A stretch of 64,000 bases of DNA, from the NCBI GenBank assembly GCA_017462605.1, contig JAFTQV010000057.1, positions 662 through 64,661 of the forward strand, read 5' to 3'. Below, one piece after another: positions 47,238-57,066 of the stretch. A model generated the notes under the pieces. That model did no database searches. It saw nothing but the letters and a program-made list of their open reading frames with translations, and was not told the DNA's origin. How positions within the stretch are numbered: position 1 is the stretch's first letter; every line of letters starts with the position of its first letter. Made by a program: the position numbers and the translations under genes. Origin of the DNA: Clostridia bacterium (GTDB taxonomy: Bacteria; Bacillota; Clostridia; Oscillospirales; CAG-272).

Positions 47238-48329
47238 TCAAGATCTCAACCAGTCTGTTCCGAAGCGTGTAACGAGAAGATCAGCGATCGCAATAGCAGA
47301 AACGGCGTCTACTACTGCGCGCGCCCTGTGTATGATCGCGGGGTCATGCCTTCCTTTGATCTCGATCTCGCAGTTTTCCATAGTCCGAAGATCCACCGTC
47401 CTCTGCGCTTTGGCGATAGAAGGCGTCGGCTTTACAGCAAGGGTGAAAAGAATGGGCATACCGTTGGTAATACCGCCGTTGATACCGCCGTTTGAATTCT
47501 TTTCAAGCGTCACTTTACCGTCTTTTATACGTAAAGGGTCATTTGCTTCGCTGCCGAGCATACCGCATAGATCAAATCCCTCGCCGAATTCTATCCCCTT
47601 TACGCCCGGAATGGAAAGGCATGCGTGAGCTAAAACACCCTCAACGGTATCAAACCAAGGCTCTCCGACACCTGCGGGGACGCCAAAGATTACCGTTTCA
47701 AGCTCTCCGCCAACGCTGTCCGAATTGCTTTTTGCCGAAAGGATCTCATTCTTCATAAGCGTTTCGGCTTCCCTGGAAAGAGCGGGGAAGCTCTTCTCGG
47801 CAAGGATAGCTATATCCTTGCTGTAATCGAAAAAGCCTCTGTCAGCAATACCGTGAAGCGATTTTATATGAGTACCGATAAGTATCCCTTTTTTCTCAAG
47901 AGCAGATCTTATTATGGCGCCTGTGGCAACAAGCGGAGCCGTAATTCTTCCCGAAAAGTGACCGCCGCCCGACTTATCCTGAAAGCCGTGATATTTTTCC
48001 TCTGCCGCATAGTCGGCGTGCGAGGGGCGAGGCGTATTCTCGTAAGGAGAATATGCGTTTGAATTCTTATTTTCGTTTTTAATTATCAATGCGATCGGCG
48101 TTCCTTCGGTAAAACCGTTTTTTATGCCGGAGAGGAATTCGACCTTATCCCCTTCACGCCTCGGCGTTGAGATATCAGCCTCTCCCTGTCTTTGGAGAAG
48201 CGATTTTTCGATAAGATCATAATCGACCTCTATACCGGGAGCAATGCCGTCTATTACCGCGCCGATAGCCGCGCCGTGGCTTTCGCCGAAAAGGGTGACG
48301 GTTATATTATTGCCATAAATATTTTTCAT
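47238..48329 (-). CDS. aroC: chorismate synthase
   Basis: 363 aa. FGESHG, RPSHAD, GRHDP blocks. Confidence 0.93.
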   Translation of the reverse strand: MKNIYGNNITVTLFGESHGAAIGAVIDGIAPGIEVDYDLIEKSLLQRQGEADISTPRREGDKVEFLSGIKNGFTEGTPIALIIKNENKNSNAYSPYENTPRPSHADYAAEEKYHGFQDKSGGGHFSGRITAPLVATGAIIRSALEKKGILIGTHIKSLHGIADRGFFDYSKDIAILAEKSFPALSREAETLMKNEILSAKSNSDSVGGELETVIFGVPAGVGEPWFDTVEGVLAHACLSIPGVKGIEFGEGFDLCGMLGSEANDPLRIKDGKVTLEKNSNGGINGGITNGMPILFTLAVKPTPSIAKAQRTVDLRTMENCEIEIKGRHDPAIIHRARAVVDAVSAIAIADLLVTRFGTDWLRS

Positions 48330-48331
48330 AA

Positions 48332-49360
48332 TTAAATAGCCTCGCTATTCATACTGTTTTTGAGTCTTTCGTATAGCTCGGAGAATGAAGCGCTTTCAAG
48401 ACGGTAAGAGCCGGGGGTATCAACGAAGACCGCATCGCAGAAATCTCCGTTGCCTTTTTTATCGTGCTTTGCATATTCGATCACAGCATCGGGATCGATA
48501 TCGCTAAGATCGGTCGGCAGCTTCATATCCTTTAATATCGGAATAAGCTTTCTCGCAACCTCGGAAGAGCACATCGGCAGCATTCCGAGAGCTACGCATT
48601 CGCCGTGAAGATATCCTCCGAGCGCTTCAATGCCATGACCGAGAGTGTGACCGAAATTCAATATCTTTCGAAGAGATGACTCGCGCTCGTCCTGCTCAAC
48701 AACATTCTTCTTTATCATGAGCGCTCTGTAAATAACGTTGGTCAGATCCTTTTTCCATAGTTCATTTTCAAGATCCAGAAAAAGGTCCTTATCGGATGTC
48801 AAAGACATTTTGACTACCTCGGCAAGACCTGCGGAAAGCTGGCGCGCATCAAGTGTAGAAAGAACGTCTGTGTCTATAAGCACCGCCTTCGGCTGGTAGA
48901 AGGCTCCGAGGATGTTTTTTACTCCAAGGAAATCAATGGCGCATTTGCCGCCTATTGATGAATCCACCTGGGAGAGAAGGGTAGTAGGTACGTTATAAAA
49001 CCTCACTCCGCGCATATATGTAGCCGCCGCAAAGCCTGCCATATCTCCGACGACTCCGCCGCCAACTGCTACTACCGCATCCTTTCGCTGCAATCCGAAT
49101 GCAAGCAATTCTTTACAAATATAGCTATAAGTATCAATGTTTTTGTTTTCTTCACCGTATGGAACGGTGATTATCTTTGCCTCGCGGCAGCGCGCAGCGA
49201 CAGCTTCGCTGTACGCCTTTGGTACTCCGCTGTCCGTAACAATAGCGGCGCGGCAGTCAAGATCGAAAAACTTATCCGAAGAAGAGAGCAGATCCGAGCC
49301 AAGGTATATATTGTATCCCGAATCGCCAAGCTCCATTTTTAAAGTGTGTTTAACAGTCAT
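48332..49360 (-). CDS. aroB: 3-dehydroquinate synthase
   Basis: 342 aa. GGGVVGDMAGFAA, NFGHTLGHGIE blocks. Confidence 0.92.
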   Translation of the reverse strand: MTVKHTLKMELGDSGYNIYLGSDLLSSSDKFFDLDCRAAIVTDSGVPKAYSEAVAARCREAKIITVPYGEENKNIDTYSYICKELLAFGLQRKDAVVAVGGGVVGDMAGFAAATYMRGVRFYNVPTTLLSQVDSSIGGKCAIDFLGVKNILGAFYQPKAVLIDTDVLSTLDARQLSAGLAEVVKMSLTSDKDLFLDLENELWKKDLTNVIYRALMIKKNVVEQDERESSLRKILNFGHTLGHGIEALGGYLHGECVALGMLPMCSSEVARKLIPILKDMKLPTDLSDIDPDAVIEYAKHDKKGNGDFCDAVFVDTPGSYRLESASFSELYERLKNSMNSEAI

Positions 49361-49424
49361 AAAACTCCATTCTGCCTCCTAATGGCGGCTATTCAAAGCT
49401 TAATGATTTTGCAACTAATTGCCT

Positions 49425-50510
49425 TTACTGACGTTTATACGTTCCGACGAGCTTAACGTCATGGCAGTATTCGTCAAGATCCTCGAGCATGCGCCGTCCT
49501 TCCTTGGAGTTGACGTTGCCCTCGGCTTCAATATAGAAGTAGTATTGCCACATAAGCTCCTTCATAGGTCTCGATCTCATAGTGCGCATATTGAAGTTGT
49601 GCTTTCCTATGATGTCAAGAGCCTTTGCGAGCGCTCCCGCCTCGTTTTTAACGGTGAAGAGCAGAATGCTGTGTATACCGCTCTCATCGGGCTCGTGCTT
49701 GTGAGCGCTTCTCGAGAAGACCGCAAAGCGGGTAGTGTTGCTCTTAGATTCATTGATATTCTTTTCCAGAACCTTAAGTCCGAAAAGCTCTGCTGCGGTC
49801 TCGCTTGCTATTGCCGCTATGCTTTTGTCCTTAAGTGCCGCAACGCGCTCGGCGGCAAGTGCCGTATTCTCAAACTCTTCCTCGGAAAATCCGTGCGCTC
49901 TTATATAAGGCTTGCATTGTGAAAGCGCCTGAGGGTGGCTCACGACCTGCTTGATGTCGCTCATAGAAGCTCCCTCTATTCCGAGCAAGCAATGCGCGAT
50001 GTCAATATCAACGACACCGTTGACAATGAGCGGACCGGAGAACATAAGATCGGTCACCGCGCCTACCTCGCCGCCAACGCTGTTTTCGATAGGAAGCACG
50101 ACGGCGTCGCACTCTCCCGTAACGCAAGCGCGGTAAGCACTCTCGAAATTCGGGTATGAGATCTTTCTTGCCGTGGGGAATAGCTTGCACGCGGCGATAT
50201 AAGCAAATGCGCCTGCCGCTCCCGAGTAAGCTACGCGCAGACCGTTCATCAACGTGTCCTGATAGCTTCTTGATATAGCCATAGTACTTTCAAGGAAATT
50301 GACGTAAAATGGGCGAAGCTTCTCGTCCTGCATAAGAGCTGCGTTTCTCTCCACGACCTCGCGCTCTCTTTCTGCATCGAGTATGGGAAGACCGTGCGCT
50401 GTTTTATACTCCGCAACTTCCCTTGAGCAAGCCATTCTTTCGGCAAAAAGCTCTCTTATCCTTGCATCTATATCGTTAATTGACTTTCTGACGTCCTTAA
50501 GATCTCTCAT
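49425..50510 (-). CDS. pheA: bifunctional chorismate mutase / prephenate dehydratase
   Basis: N-terminal CM_2 helix pattern (RKSINDIDARIRELFAERM), PDT core (TRF, ESRP-like MRSRP) and an ACT domain. The start is uncertain: ATG 50510 chosen, ATG 50522 or TTG 50534 are possible. Confidence 0.85.
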   Translation of the reverse strand: MRDLKDVRKSINDIDARIRELFAERMACSREVAEYKTAHGLPILDAEREREVVERNAALMQDEKLRPFYVNFLESTMAISRSYQDTLMNGLRVAYSGAAGAFAYIAACKLFPTARKISYPNFESAYRACVTGECDAVVLPIENSVGGEVGAVTDLMFSGPLIVNGVVDIDIAHCLLGIEGASMSDIKQVVSHPQALSQCKPYIRAHGFSEEEFENTALAAERVAALKDKSIAAIASETAAELFGLKVLEKNINESKSNTTRFAVFSRSAHKHEPDESGIHSILLFTVKNEAGALAKALDIIGKHNFNMRTMRSRPMKELMWQYYFYIEAEGNVNSKEGRRMLEDLDEYCHDVKLVGTYKRQ

Positions 50511-50680
50511 ATTAATTTCCATTCCGTCGCTCAAAGGCGACTGTACAAATATTTAATTATTTTTCGTAACCGCTTGCGGCTATTCGGATCAAGGCTCCGA
50601 ATAGCGAAAATTTGCGCGGGAATTAACCGAAGGAGCGATTATTGCAAAGTAATTATTCACGCTGATCTCCAATCTGATAC

Positions 50681-51868
50681 TTAAGCCCTGAATTCATCGC
50701 TGAGCTTTTTAAATGCGCCAAGCGATCTTTCTATCATTTTGGGATCCTGGCAATATGCGATCCTCACGTATCCCGGCGCTCCGAAATCGTCTCCCGGGAC
50801 GAGTAGAAGACCGTATTTTTTTGCTCTTTCGGAAAACTCCTTGGCATCGGGGCAAAGCGATCTTACGAAAAGATAAAATGCGCCCTCGGGCTTCTCCGTT
50901 TCGTATCCGTAAGACGTAAGAGCCTCGAGAAGCATTTTTCTGTTCGAGTCGTAAATATCTATATCTGCGCTCTTTCCGAGACAATCGCTGACGAGCCTTT
51001 GAAGAAGGGAAGGCGCGCAAACGTATCCAAGAGATCTGCCCGCTCCGCATACCGCGCGGAAGACCTCTTTTGCATTTTCGGCCTTGGGAGAAACGAATAC
51101 GTAGCCGATCCTCTCTCCGGGGATGGAAAGCGACTTCGAAAAAGAGTAGCAAACAATAGTATTATCGTAATAATTCGGGATATAAGGTACGTTTACTCCG
51201 TCATAAACAAGCTCTCTGTAAGGTTCGTCTGCAATTATATAAATAGGGTGACCTGCCTCTTTGCTCTTTTTCTTCAAAAGATCTGCAAGAGCTTTTATCT
51301 CGGCTTCCGTATATACCTTGCCCGAGGGATTGTTCGGCGAGTTGATTATTACCGCGGCGCAAGCTTTGCCTATTGCTTCACCGAGCGCCTCGGTGTCAAG
51401 TCCGAAGCCTCCGTCCTTCGCGCTTACCGTCACAAGCCTTCCGCCTGCCTCTTCTGCGAATACGCGGTATTCGGGGAAGTACGGTACCGGGGTGATAACC
51501 TCTTCTCCTTCGGTAACGATCGCGCCGAGCGCTGCGCTAAGCGCCGCTGCAGCTCCTGCGGTCATATATACGTTTTTCGCCTCGGCTTCCGCTCCGAACG
51601 TATCCCTGATATAGTGGGCTATGTTTTTTCTGACATCAATATCGCCCTCTGCCGAGGTGTATGCATGAAGCTTCGTGCCGTCGTATTCGCGGATCAGCTT
51701 TTCTATTCCCTCGTTGACGCATAGAGGGGGCGCAACGCTTGGGTTTCCGAGTGAATAATCAAAAACGTTTTCACTACCGATCTCACTGCTAAGCTTTTTT
51801 CCAAACTCAAAAAGCTCTCTTATCGTAGATCTGTTGGTACCCAGCTTCAGATATTTTTCGTTTATCAC
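50681..51868 (-). CDS. class I/II PLP-dependent aminotransferase (aspartate/aromatic type)
   Basis: 395 aa, GTG start behind GGGGGTGA. NPSGKVYT and SFSKSLSIPGERIGY (PLP lysine) blocks. Confidence 0.85.
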   Translation of the reverse strand: MINEKYLKLGTNRSTIRELFEFGKKLSSEIGSENVFDYSLGNPSVAPPLCVNEGIEKLIREYDGTKLHAYTSAEGDIDVRKNIAHYIRDTFGAEAEAKNVYMTAGAAAALSAALGAIVTEGEEVITPVPYFPEYRVFAEEAGGRLVTVSAKDGGFGLDTEALGEAIGKACAAVIINSPNNPSGKVYTEAEIKALADLLKKKSKEAGHPIYIIADEPYRELVYDGVNVPYIPNYYDNTIVCYSFSKSLSIPGERIGYVFVSPKAENAKEVFRAVCGAGRSLGYVCAPSLLQRLVSDCLGKSADIDIYDSNRKMLLEALTSYGYETEKPEGAFYLFVRSLCPDAKEFSERAKKYGLLLVPGDDFGAPGYVRIAYCQDPKMIERSLGAFKKLSDEFRA

Positions 51869-51909
51869 TGTTTTTCACCCCCACGTGCGCATAAAAAATA
51901 ATATCTTAA

Positions 51910-51938
51910 ATTATACTACTATATTTTAAAAATGTCAA
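51910..51938 (-). promoter_or_regulatory. sigma-A-type promoter of the aromatic amino acid operon
   Basis: On the minus strand: TTGACA (51938-51933), 17-nt spacer, TATAAT (51915-51910). Confidence 0.6.
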
Positions 51939-51941
51939 GAA

Positions 51942-51989
51942 ATATATTTTAAATTTAATCAACCCATATATTTTAAAATTTATCAACCC
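51942..51989. repeat. two tandem 24-bp direct repeats in the divergent promoter region
   Basis: ATATATTTTAAATTTAATCAACCC 51942-65 and ATATATTTTAAAATTTATCAACCC 51966-89. Confidence 0.5.
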
Positions 51990-52146
51990 TATTATGATCC
52001 TTCAAGTCTTTCATATGGCAAAAAATATCAGCGGTTTTCGATAAAAAGAAAGCCGATAAGAGAATTTGCGCAGGATAATTGAGTATTTGATGCTAAATTG
52101 GGCGTTTTACTGTCAAAAAAACATTTTATCTTTGCAAATTTCCTTG

Positions 52147-52176
52147 TTGAACTTTTTACGCGCTCTTTGTTAAAAT
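52147..52176 (+). promoter_or_regulatory. possible promoter of the 1588-aa surface protein gene
   Basis: TTGAAC 52147-52, 18-nt spacer, TGtTAAAAT (52171-76). Confidence 0.35.
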
Positions 52177-52218
52177 ATCAAAAACGGAAAACAATTCCAA
52201 ACAATAAGGAGCACTAAA

Positions 52219-55200
52219 ATGAAAAGAATTTTAAAGACTTTTGTATTTCCTTTGCTGGCGGCAGTTCTTTTTACGCTGATCAGCTTCGCATCTATGGCGA
52301 GCGAGACGTCTTCGCTTAAATACACGGTAAAGGGGGATGAAGAAGGCTTTACCGCAGTATCGGGCGAGAGCGAGATCTCGACTCAAAGTCTTGGCGAGCT
52401 GATATCCATGATAGAGGCAGACGGAATAGATATAGTCTTCGACAACGTTTCGGCAGAGGAGAGTATCACATTCAAAAGATCGTGCGTGATCTCGGGAAGC
52501 CTTACGCTTACAGGCGGAATCATATGCGAAAGCGAGTCGCTCGCATTTAACTCGGCGGATATAAAGGTTTCGGGTGCGGATATCGAGATCAGAAGCGGAA
52601 GCGTAAATTTTATAAAATCTTCCGTTTCTCTTTCCGATGCAGCTATCACCTTAGACAGATCGCCCTCGGCATCTTTGTTCGCTGAAAGCTCCGAGATCAA
52701 GGCTAAAACAAATAGAGGAGCTATACTGATAAACGTTGGCTCTGTATACCTTACCGATACCGACGTTAAGAATGAATATTCCTACGCGATAGAGAATTAT
52801 TCTGGACTCTATTTGGGCGGCGAAAGCGATATCACGGGATATGAATACGGAATCTATACAGAAAGAACGGCGCATCTTACGGCAGGCGGGAAATATTATA
52901 GAGGCGAGGCATCGGTCATTTTTTCATCTGTGTTTGAAAGGGGCGGCTTTTATAAAGCCTTCCTCGATGCCGACGCCATAAGTATCGCAGGCGTAAGCGT
53001 ATCTGACTCGACCACGGATAGCTTCGATCTTACTTACCTCGAGTCGAGTGATAAGTGCAGCGAAAAAAACGTCGCGGCAGTATCGCTCCCATATAGATTC
53101 AGCTTTTATACGGGCGGCGAGCTTTATTCCGAAAGCAGCTTTTTCGGGGATGAGACAACTGCCGCTCCGATTGCTCCGACACTTCTTGGCTACACCTTCA
53201 AGGGCTGGAAGGAGAGCGGGAGCGCGGATAGCTTTTTGTTTGGTGATACGCCTAAAGCAGATACCGTGCTTTTTGCATCCTTTTCTCTCGATAGCCCCAC
53301 TTATTCAATAAGCGATACCGAGTTTACTTATGACGGTAAAAAGCATTTTCTATCTCTTGGAGACATATCGCATCCGCTTCTTGCCGAAGGCTCCGTCAGC
53401 TATGAATGGTACAAAAATGAAGAGAGTATAAATGATACATCTCCATCAGTCGAGCTTGTATCTGTTTCGGACTCAGGAGCTTATAATTGCAAACTAACAT
53501 TTGCATATAAAGGTGATTATGTTACTGTAACGACAAAAACCGTAAATGTCAAAATAGATAAAATGAAGGTGGCAAAGCCTCAAATAACTCCTCTTAAATA
53601 CACAGGCTATCCTATACTGCCCGAAAGTCTTGACACCGATTATTACACTGCGGAATACGAAGAGGGAACAGACGTAGGATCATATCCCGTGACCCTGAAG
53701 CTTACCGATCCCGAAAACTGTATATTTGAAAGCGGAGAGGAGCTTTATGAGTATTGCGTATACGATATAGTCAAGGCTGAAAACAGATTTTTGAAAGAGC
53801 CTGCCATATCGGATTATTACGAGGGGTATTTGCCGACCCTTAGCTTCACCTCACTTTTTGGCGAATGCACTCTTTACTATTCGAGCGACGGAATAAGATT
53901 TGATAAAGCGCCGCCGACAGAAGCAGGCAGCTATTATCTTGAGGTCGTTGTGGATGAGACGGATAATTACTACGAGCTGAGGAGCGAGATCATTCCGTTT
54001 TCCGTCCTTCCCGATTTCGTCAAAAGCCTTGAAATAAAGGAAAAGCCGAATAAGACCGATTATCTCGCGTTTGATACTGTTGATCTCGAAGGCATTTTGC
54101 TATACGCCGTGTATGAGAGCGGAAAAAGAGAAGAGGTCTCTCGTTCCGATATATCCGTCTATTACGGAAGCGGAGACTGTATTCTTGCGCAGGACAGCTG
54201 CGTTTATCTCTCGTATCTCGGAGCGAGCGTTCCGCTTTACGTTACGGCGTCAAGGCGCGATTACGACCTCTCGGGGCTCGTTTTTGAAGACGCGGAAGTT
54301 CTGTACAACGGAAAACGGCAGACGATATCGGTGGGCGGCGCCATATCGGGTCTTGACGGAATACCGCTTGAATATGAGATCAGAGGCGGCGGAATAGAAG
54401 TTGGAGAATATGAAATAAGAATAGTATTCAAGGTCTCAAGTCCGAACTACAATAAGCCTTCCGATGAGGTAAGACTGCTTAAAATATCTCCGCGCCCCGT
54501 AAAGGTCACGTATACCGAGCTTGAATTCATCTATGACGGATCGCCAAAGCTTCCGAAGGCGGAGTTTACGGCAGAGAACGGAGCATCCGTAACAGTGCCT
54601 CTTTCGGGAGCGGCTACCGATGCAGGGGAATACACGGCAAATTGCATCTTGAACGACCCGAACTACAGGGTTGAAAACCCCGAGATAATCTTTACCGTCT
54701 TTAAAGCTCCGATAGATCTTTCGGGTGTAGCTTGGTCGAACGCCGTCTTGACGTACACAGGAGAGCTACAAGGCGTCAGAATAACCGAGCTTCCAAAAGG
54801 AGTCAGAGTATCGGGGTATCTTAACGCATCCTTTCGGGATGCAGGCAAGTATTGCGCCGAGGCGGTCCTTGAATATGACGAGAATAATTATCTTCCGCCG
54901 GACCGATTAACGTATGAGTGGCAGATCACACCTGCCGAATATGATAATAGCGGATTTTATTTTTCTGACGCAAGCTTCGTTTATGACGGCAAGACGCATT
55001 ACCCCGAGCTTCACGGAAGCATGCCGAAGGGGCTTGACGGCTCGTCGCCTTCATATGAGTTTTCCTTGGGAGCAACTCACGTCAGCGAGGGCAGAGTAGA
55101 GGTGACAGTCACCTTTTCCTCGGGCAGTAAAAACTACCTCGCGCCGCCCGCGGTCAAGGCTTTTGTCACGGTAACGCCTAAGGTCATAGCCGTCACCTGG

Positions 55201-56985
55201 GGAAGCTGCTCCTTCGTATACGACGGCTCTCCGAAAACACCCGAGGCAAAATCGAGAGATATAGCAGTAAATGTCACGGGCGAGGGAATAGATGCGGGGA
55301 CGTATACCGCGACCGCATCAGCTGAAAGCACGGATTACAGAATAGCAAACCCAAGCTGTGAGTTCACCGTTACAAAAGCGGAGAATAAATGGGTGGAAAT
55401 ACCAAGCGTATCCGATATTTTCGAGGGCGGCGAAATCAATTTTAAAGCGTCTCCGATATCGGGCGAGGCTGTATATACTCTGTATTCCGATGAAGAGCTG
55501 ACGAATAAAATGGATTACCCCGAGTCGGTGGGCGAATATTACCTTGTAGCATACGTTCCCGAGAGCAAAAACTATCTGCAGCTCGTGTCCGAAGCAATGA
55601 GCTTTTCGGTCATTCCGATCGAGGCGGTTTCTCTTTCGGTCTCGCTCGCGGACAAGCCTTTCTTTGCTCTTGATACAATAAAAGACGGCGACATTGAGGC
55701 TCATATAGTCAATAACGACGGAAGCGCCGTGAAAATCGAGTTTTCTTCGATAGAGATAACGTATCAAAGCGGTGATGCGCTGAAATACGGCGATAATAAA
55801 GTGACCTTTCGCCACGGCGGATTTGAAGCGACCGCCGATATCGTGGTAGCTCTCCGCGAGTACGATATGTCAGGCGCGGTCTGGGTGGATCTTGTCCATA
55901 CCTATGACGGAGAAGAAAAGAGCCCGAAGGTCGAAGGACTTCCCGAAGGGGTAACTCTTATTGGATTTACCTTAAGCGGCGCGGTCAACTCGGGAAGCTA
56001 TAAGGTATCAGCTATTTTTTCTTATGACGAGGAAAACTATATGCCGCCCGAGCTTGCTGAGGCTGAGCTTGTGATAAAGAAAAAAGAGATATCCTTACCT
56101 ACTATACCCGATAGCATTTACACAGGTAAGGATATCACCCCGAGCATTAAAGAGGATCCGCTTTATACCTTTACGGCAGAGCCGAAGAGGCGCGCGGGAG
56201 AATATTTCGTTAAATTCACCCCGAAAGATCCCGAAAACTATACGTTCGGAGAAAACGATACCGCAAGCTACCGTATATTGCCTGCGCCGATCACCGTCAC
56301 CGTAGGAAAGGGCGGGAGCTATACCGCCACCGAGGGCGAGCTTTTCGGCGCGGATTCCCTTTTTGAGGAATACTATTCCGAGGGCGGCTATCTTTATCTC
56401 TCATCTTCCAATACCGACTACAAAATAACCGTAATTCCCTATAAAGAGGAAAGCGGAATATTTCCTCTTCTCATTATAATACTCTTCGTGCTTCTTATGG
56501 CGCTTGCCGTATATATATTCGTGGGCAAAAGGGATATCCTTTTCGCATCGGTAAAGCTCTCGGGAAGAAAAGAGAGAGAGCCCGAGCCGAAGCCTTCGGC
56601 GCCCGCCCCCAAGACGCCCGAGCTTAAGACCCTGCTTGAGGTAAACGAATCATCCGCAAACCGACTGATCTCGGATATGCTTGCGAAAAGCCTCGTTAAG
56701 GAAGAGAGAAAAAAGATAGTCACCTCGGGCGCAAAGCGTTACGCAGTCAACGTTGGAAGAATATCAGAGGCGTTTGAGTCGGGAGATAAGATCGATATAA
56801 ACACTTTGAAAGCCAAGGGCATCGTCCCTAAGGACGCCTGCTATCTTAAGATCCTCGGCGCGGGAGTTCTCGATAAGCCTCTTCACCTCATGGCTAATTC
56901 ATTCAGCCTCGGAGCTGTCAAAATGATTGCTCTGACGGGCGGCGTTGCCGAGCGGGTATATACCGAAAGAGCAAAAAAGAATTAA
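52219..56985 (+). CDS. giant cell-surface protein: beta-helix-like N-terminus, Listeria-Bacteroides repeat, many MBG/YDG-type Ig-like repeats, C-terminal TM and uL15-like cytoplasmic tail
   Basis: 1588 aa with signal peptide. LLGYTFKGW repeat. Recurrent F(V/I/T)YDG(K/S)xxxP units. TM GIFPLLIIILFVLLMALAVYIFVG. The tail KRYAVNVG...KILGAGVLDKPL...ANSFSLGA...LTGGVAE resembles the uL15 C-terminus. Confidence 0.8.
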   Translation: MKRILKTFVFPLLAAVLFTLISFASMASETSSLKYTVKGDEEGFTAVSGESEISTQSLGELISMIEADGIDIVFDNVSAEESITFKRSCVISGSLTLTGGIICESESLAFNSADIKVSGADIEIRSGSVNFIKSSVSLSDAAITLDRSPSASLFAESSEIKAKTNRGAILINVGSVYLTDTDVKNEYSYAIENYSGLYLGGESDITGYEYGIYTERTAHLTAGGKYYRGEASVIFSSVFERGGFYKAFLDADAISIAGVSVSDSTTDSFDLTYLESSDKCSEKNVAAVSLPYRFSFYTGGELYSESSFFGDETTAAPIAPTLLGYTFKGWKESGSADSFLFGDTPKADTVLFASFSLDSPTYSISDTEFTYDGKKHFLSLGDISHPLLAEGSVSYEWYKNEESINDTSPSVELVSVSDSGAYNCKLTFAYKGDYVTVTTKTVNVKIDKMKVAKPQITPLKYTGYPILPESLDTDYYTAEYEEGTDVGSYPVTLKLTDPENCIFESGEELYEYCVYDIVKAENRFLKEPAISDYYEGYLPTLSFTSLFGECTLYYSSDGIRFDKAPPTEAGSYYLEVVVDETDNYYELRSEIIPFSVLPDFVKSLEIKEKPNKTDYLAFDTVDLEGILLYAVYESGKREEVSRSDISVYYGSGDCILAQDSCVYLSYLGASVPLYVTASRRDYDLSGLVFEDAEVLYNGKRQTISVGGAISGLDGIPLEYEIRGGGIEVGEYEIRIVFKVSSPNYNKPSDEVRLLKISPRPVKVTYTELEFIYDGSPKLPKAEFTAENGASVTVPLSGAATDAGEYTANCILNDPNYRVENPEIIFTVFKAPIDLSGVAWSNAVLTYTGELQGVRITELPKGVRVSGYLNASFRDAGKYCAEAVLEYDENNYLPPDRLTYEWQITPAEYDNSGFYFSDASFVYDGKTHYPELHGSMPKGLDGSSPSYEFSLGATHVSEGRVEVTVTFSSGSKNYLAPPAVKAFVTVTPKVIAVTWGSCSFVYDGSPKTPEAKSRDIAVNVTGEGIDAGTYTATASAESTDYRIANPSCEFTVTKAENKWVEIPSVSDIFEGGEINFKASPISGEAVYTLYSDEELTNKMDYPESVGEYYLVAYVPESKNYLQLVSEAMSFSVIPIEAVSLSVSLADKPFFALDTIKDGDIEAHIVNNDGSAVKIEFSSIEITYQSGDALKYGDNKVTFRHGGFEATADIVVALREYDMSGAVWVDLVHTYDGEEKSPKVEGLPEGVTLIGFTLSGAVNSGSYKVSAIFSYDEENYMPPELAEAELVIKKKEISLPTIPDSIYTGKDITPSIKEDPLYTFTAEPKRRAGEYFVKFTPKDPENYTFGENDTASYRILPAPITVTVGKGGSYTATEGELFGADSLFEEYYSEGGYLYLSSSNTDYKITVIPYKEESGIFPLLIIILFVLLMALAVYIFVGKRDILFASVKLSGRKEREPEPKPSAPAPKTPELKTLLEVNESSANRLISDMLAKSLVKEERKKIVTSGAKRYAVNVGRISEAFESGDKIDINTLKAKGIVPKDACYLKILGAGVLDKPLHLMANSFSLGAVKMIALTGGVAERVYTERAKKN

Positions 56986-57066
56986 AATATAGTATTATTT
57001 TCTATTGAAAAAAGCCTCTTTCTGTGCTAAAATATAAAAAAGCAAAGAATCAGGAGAGCTTTAAGT

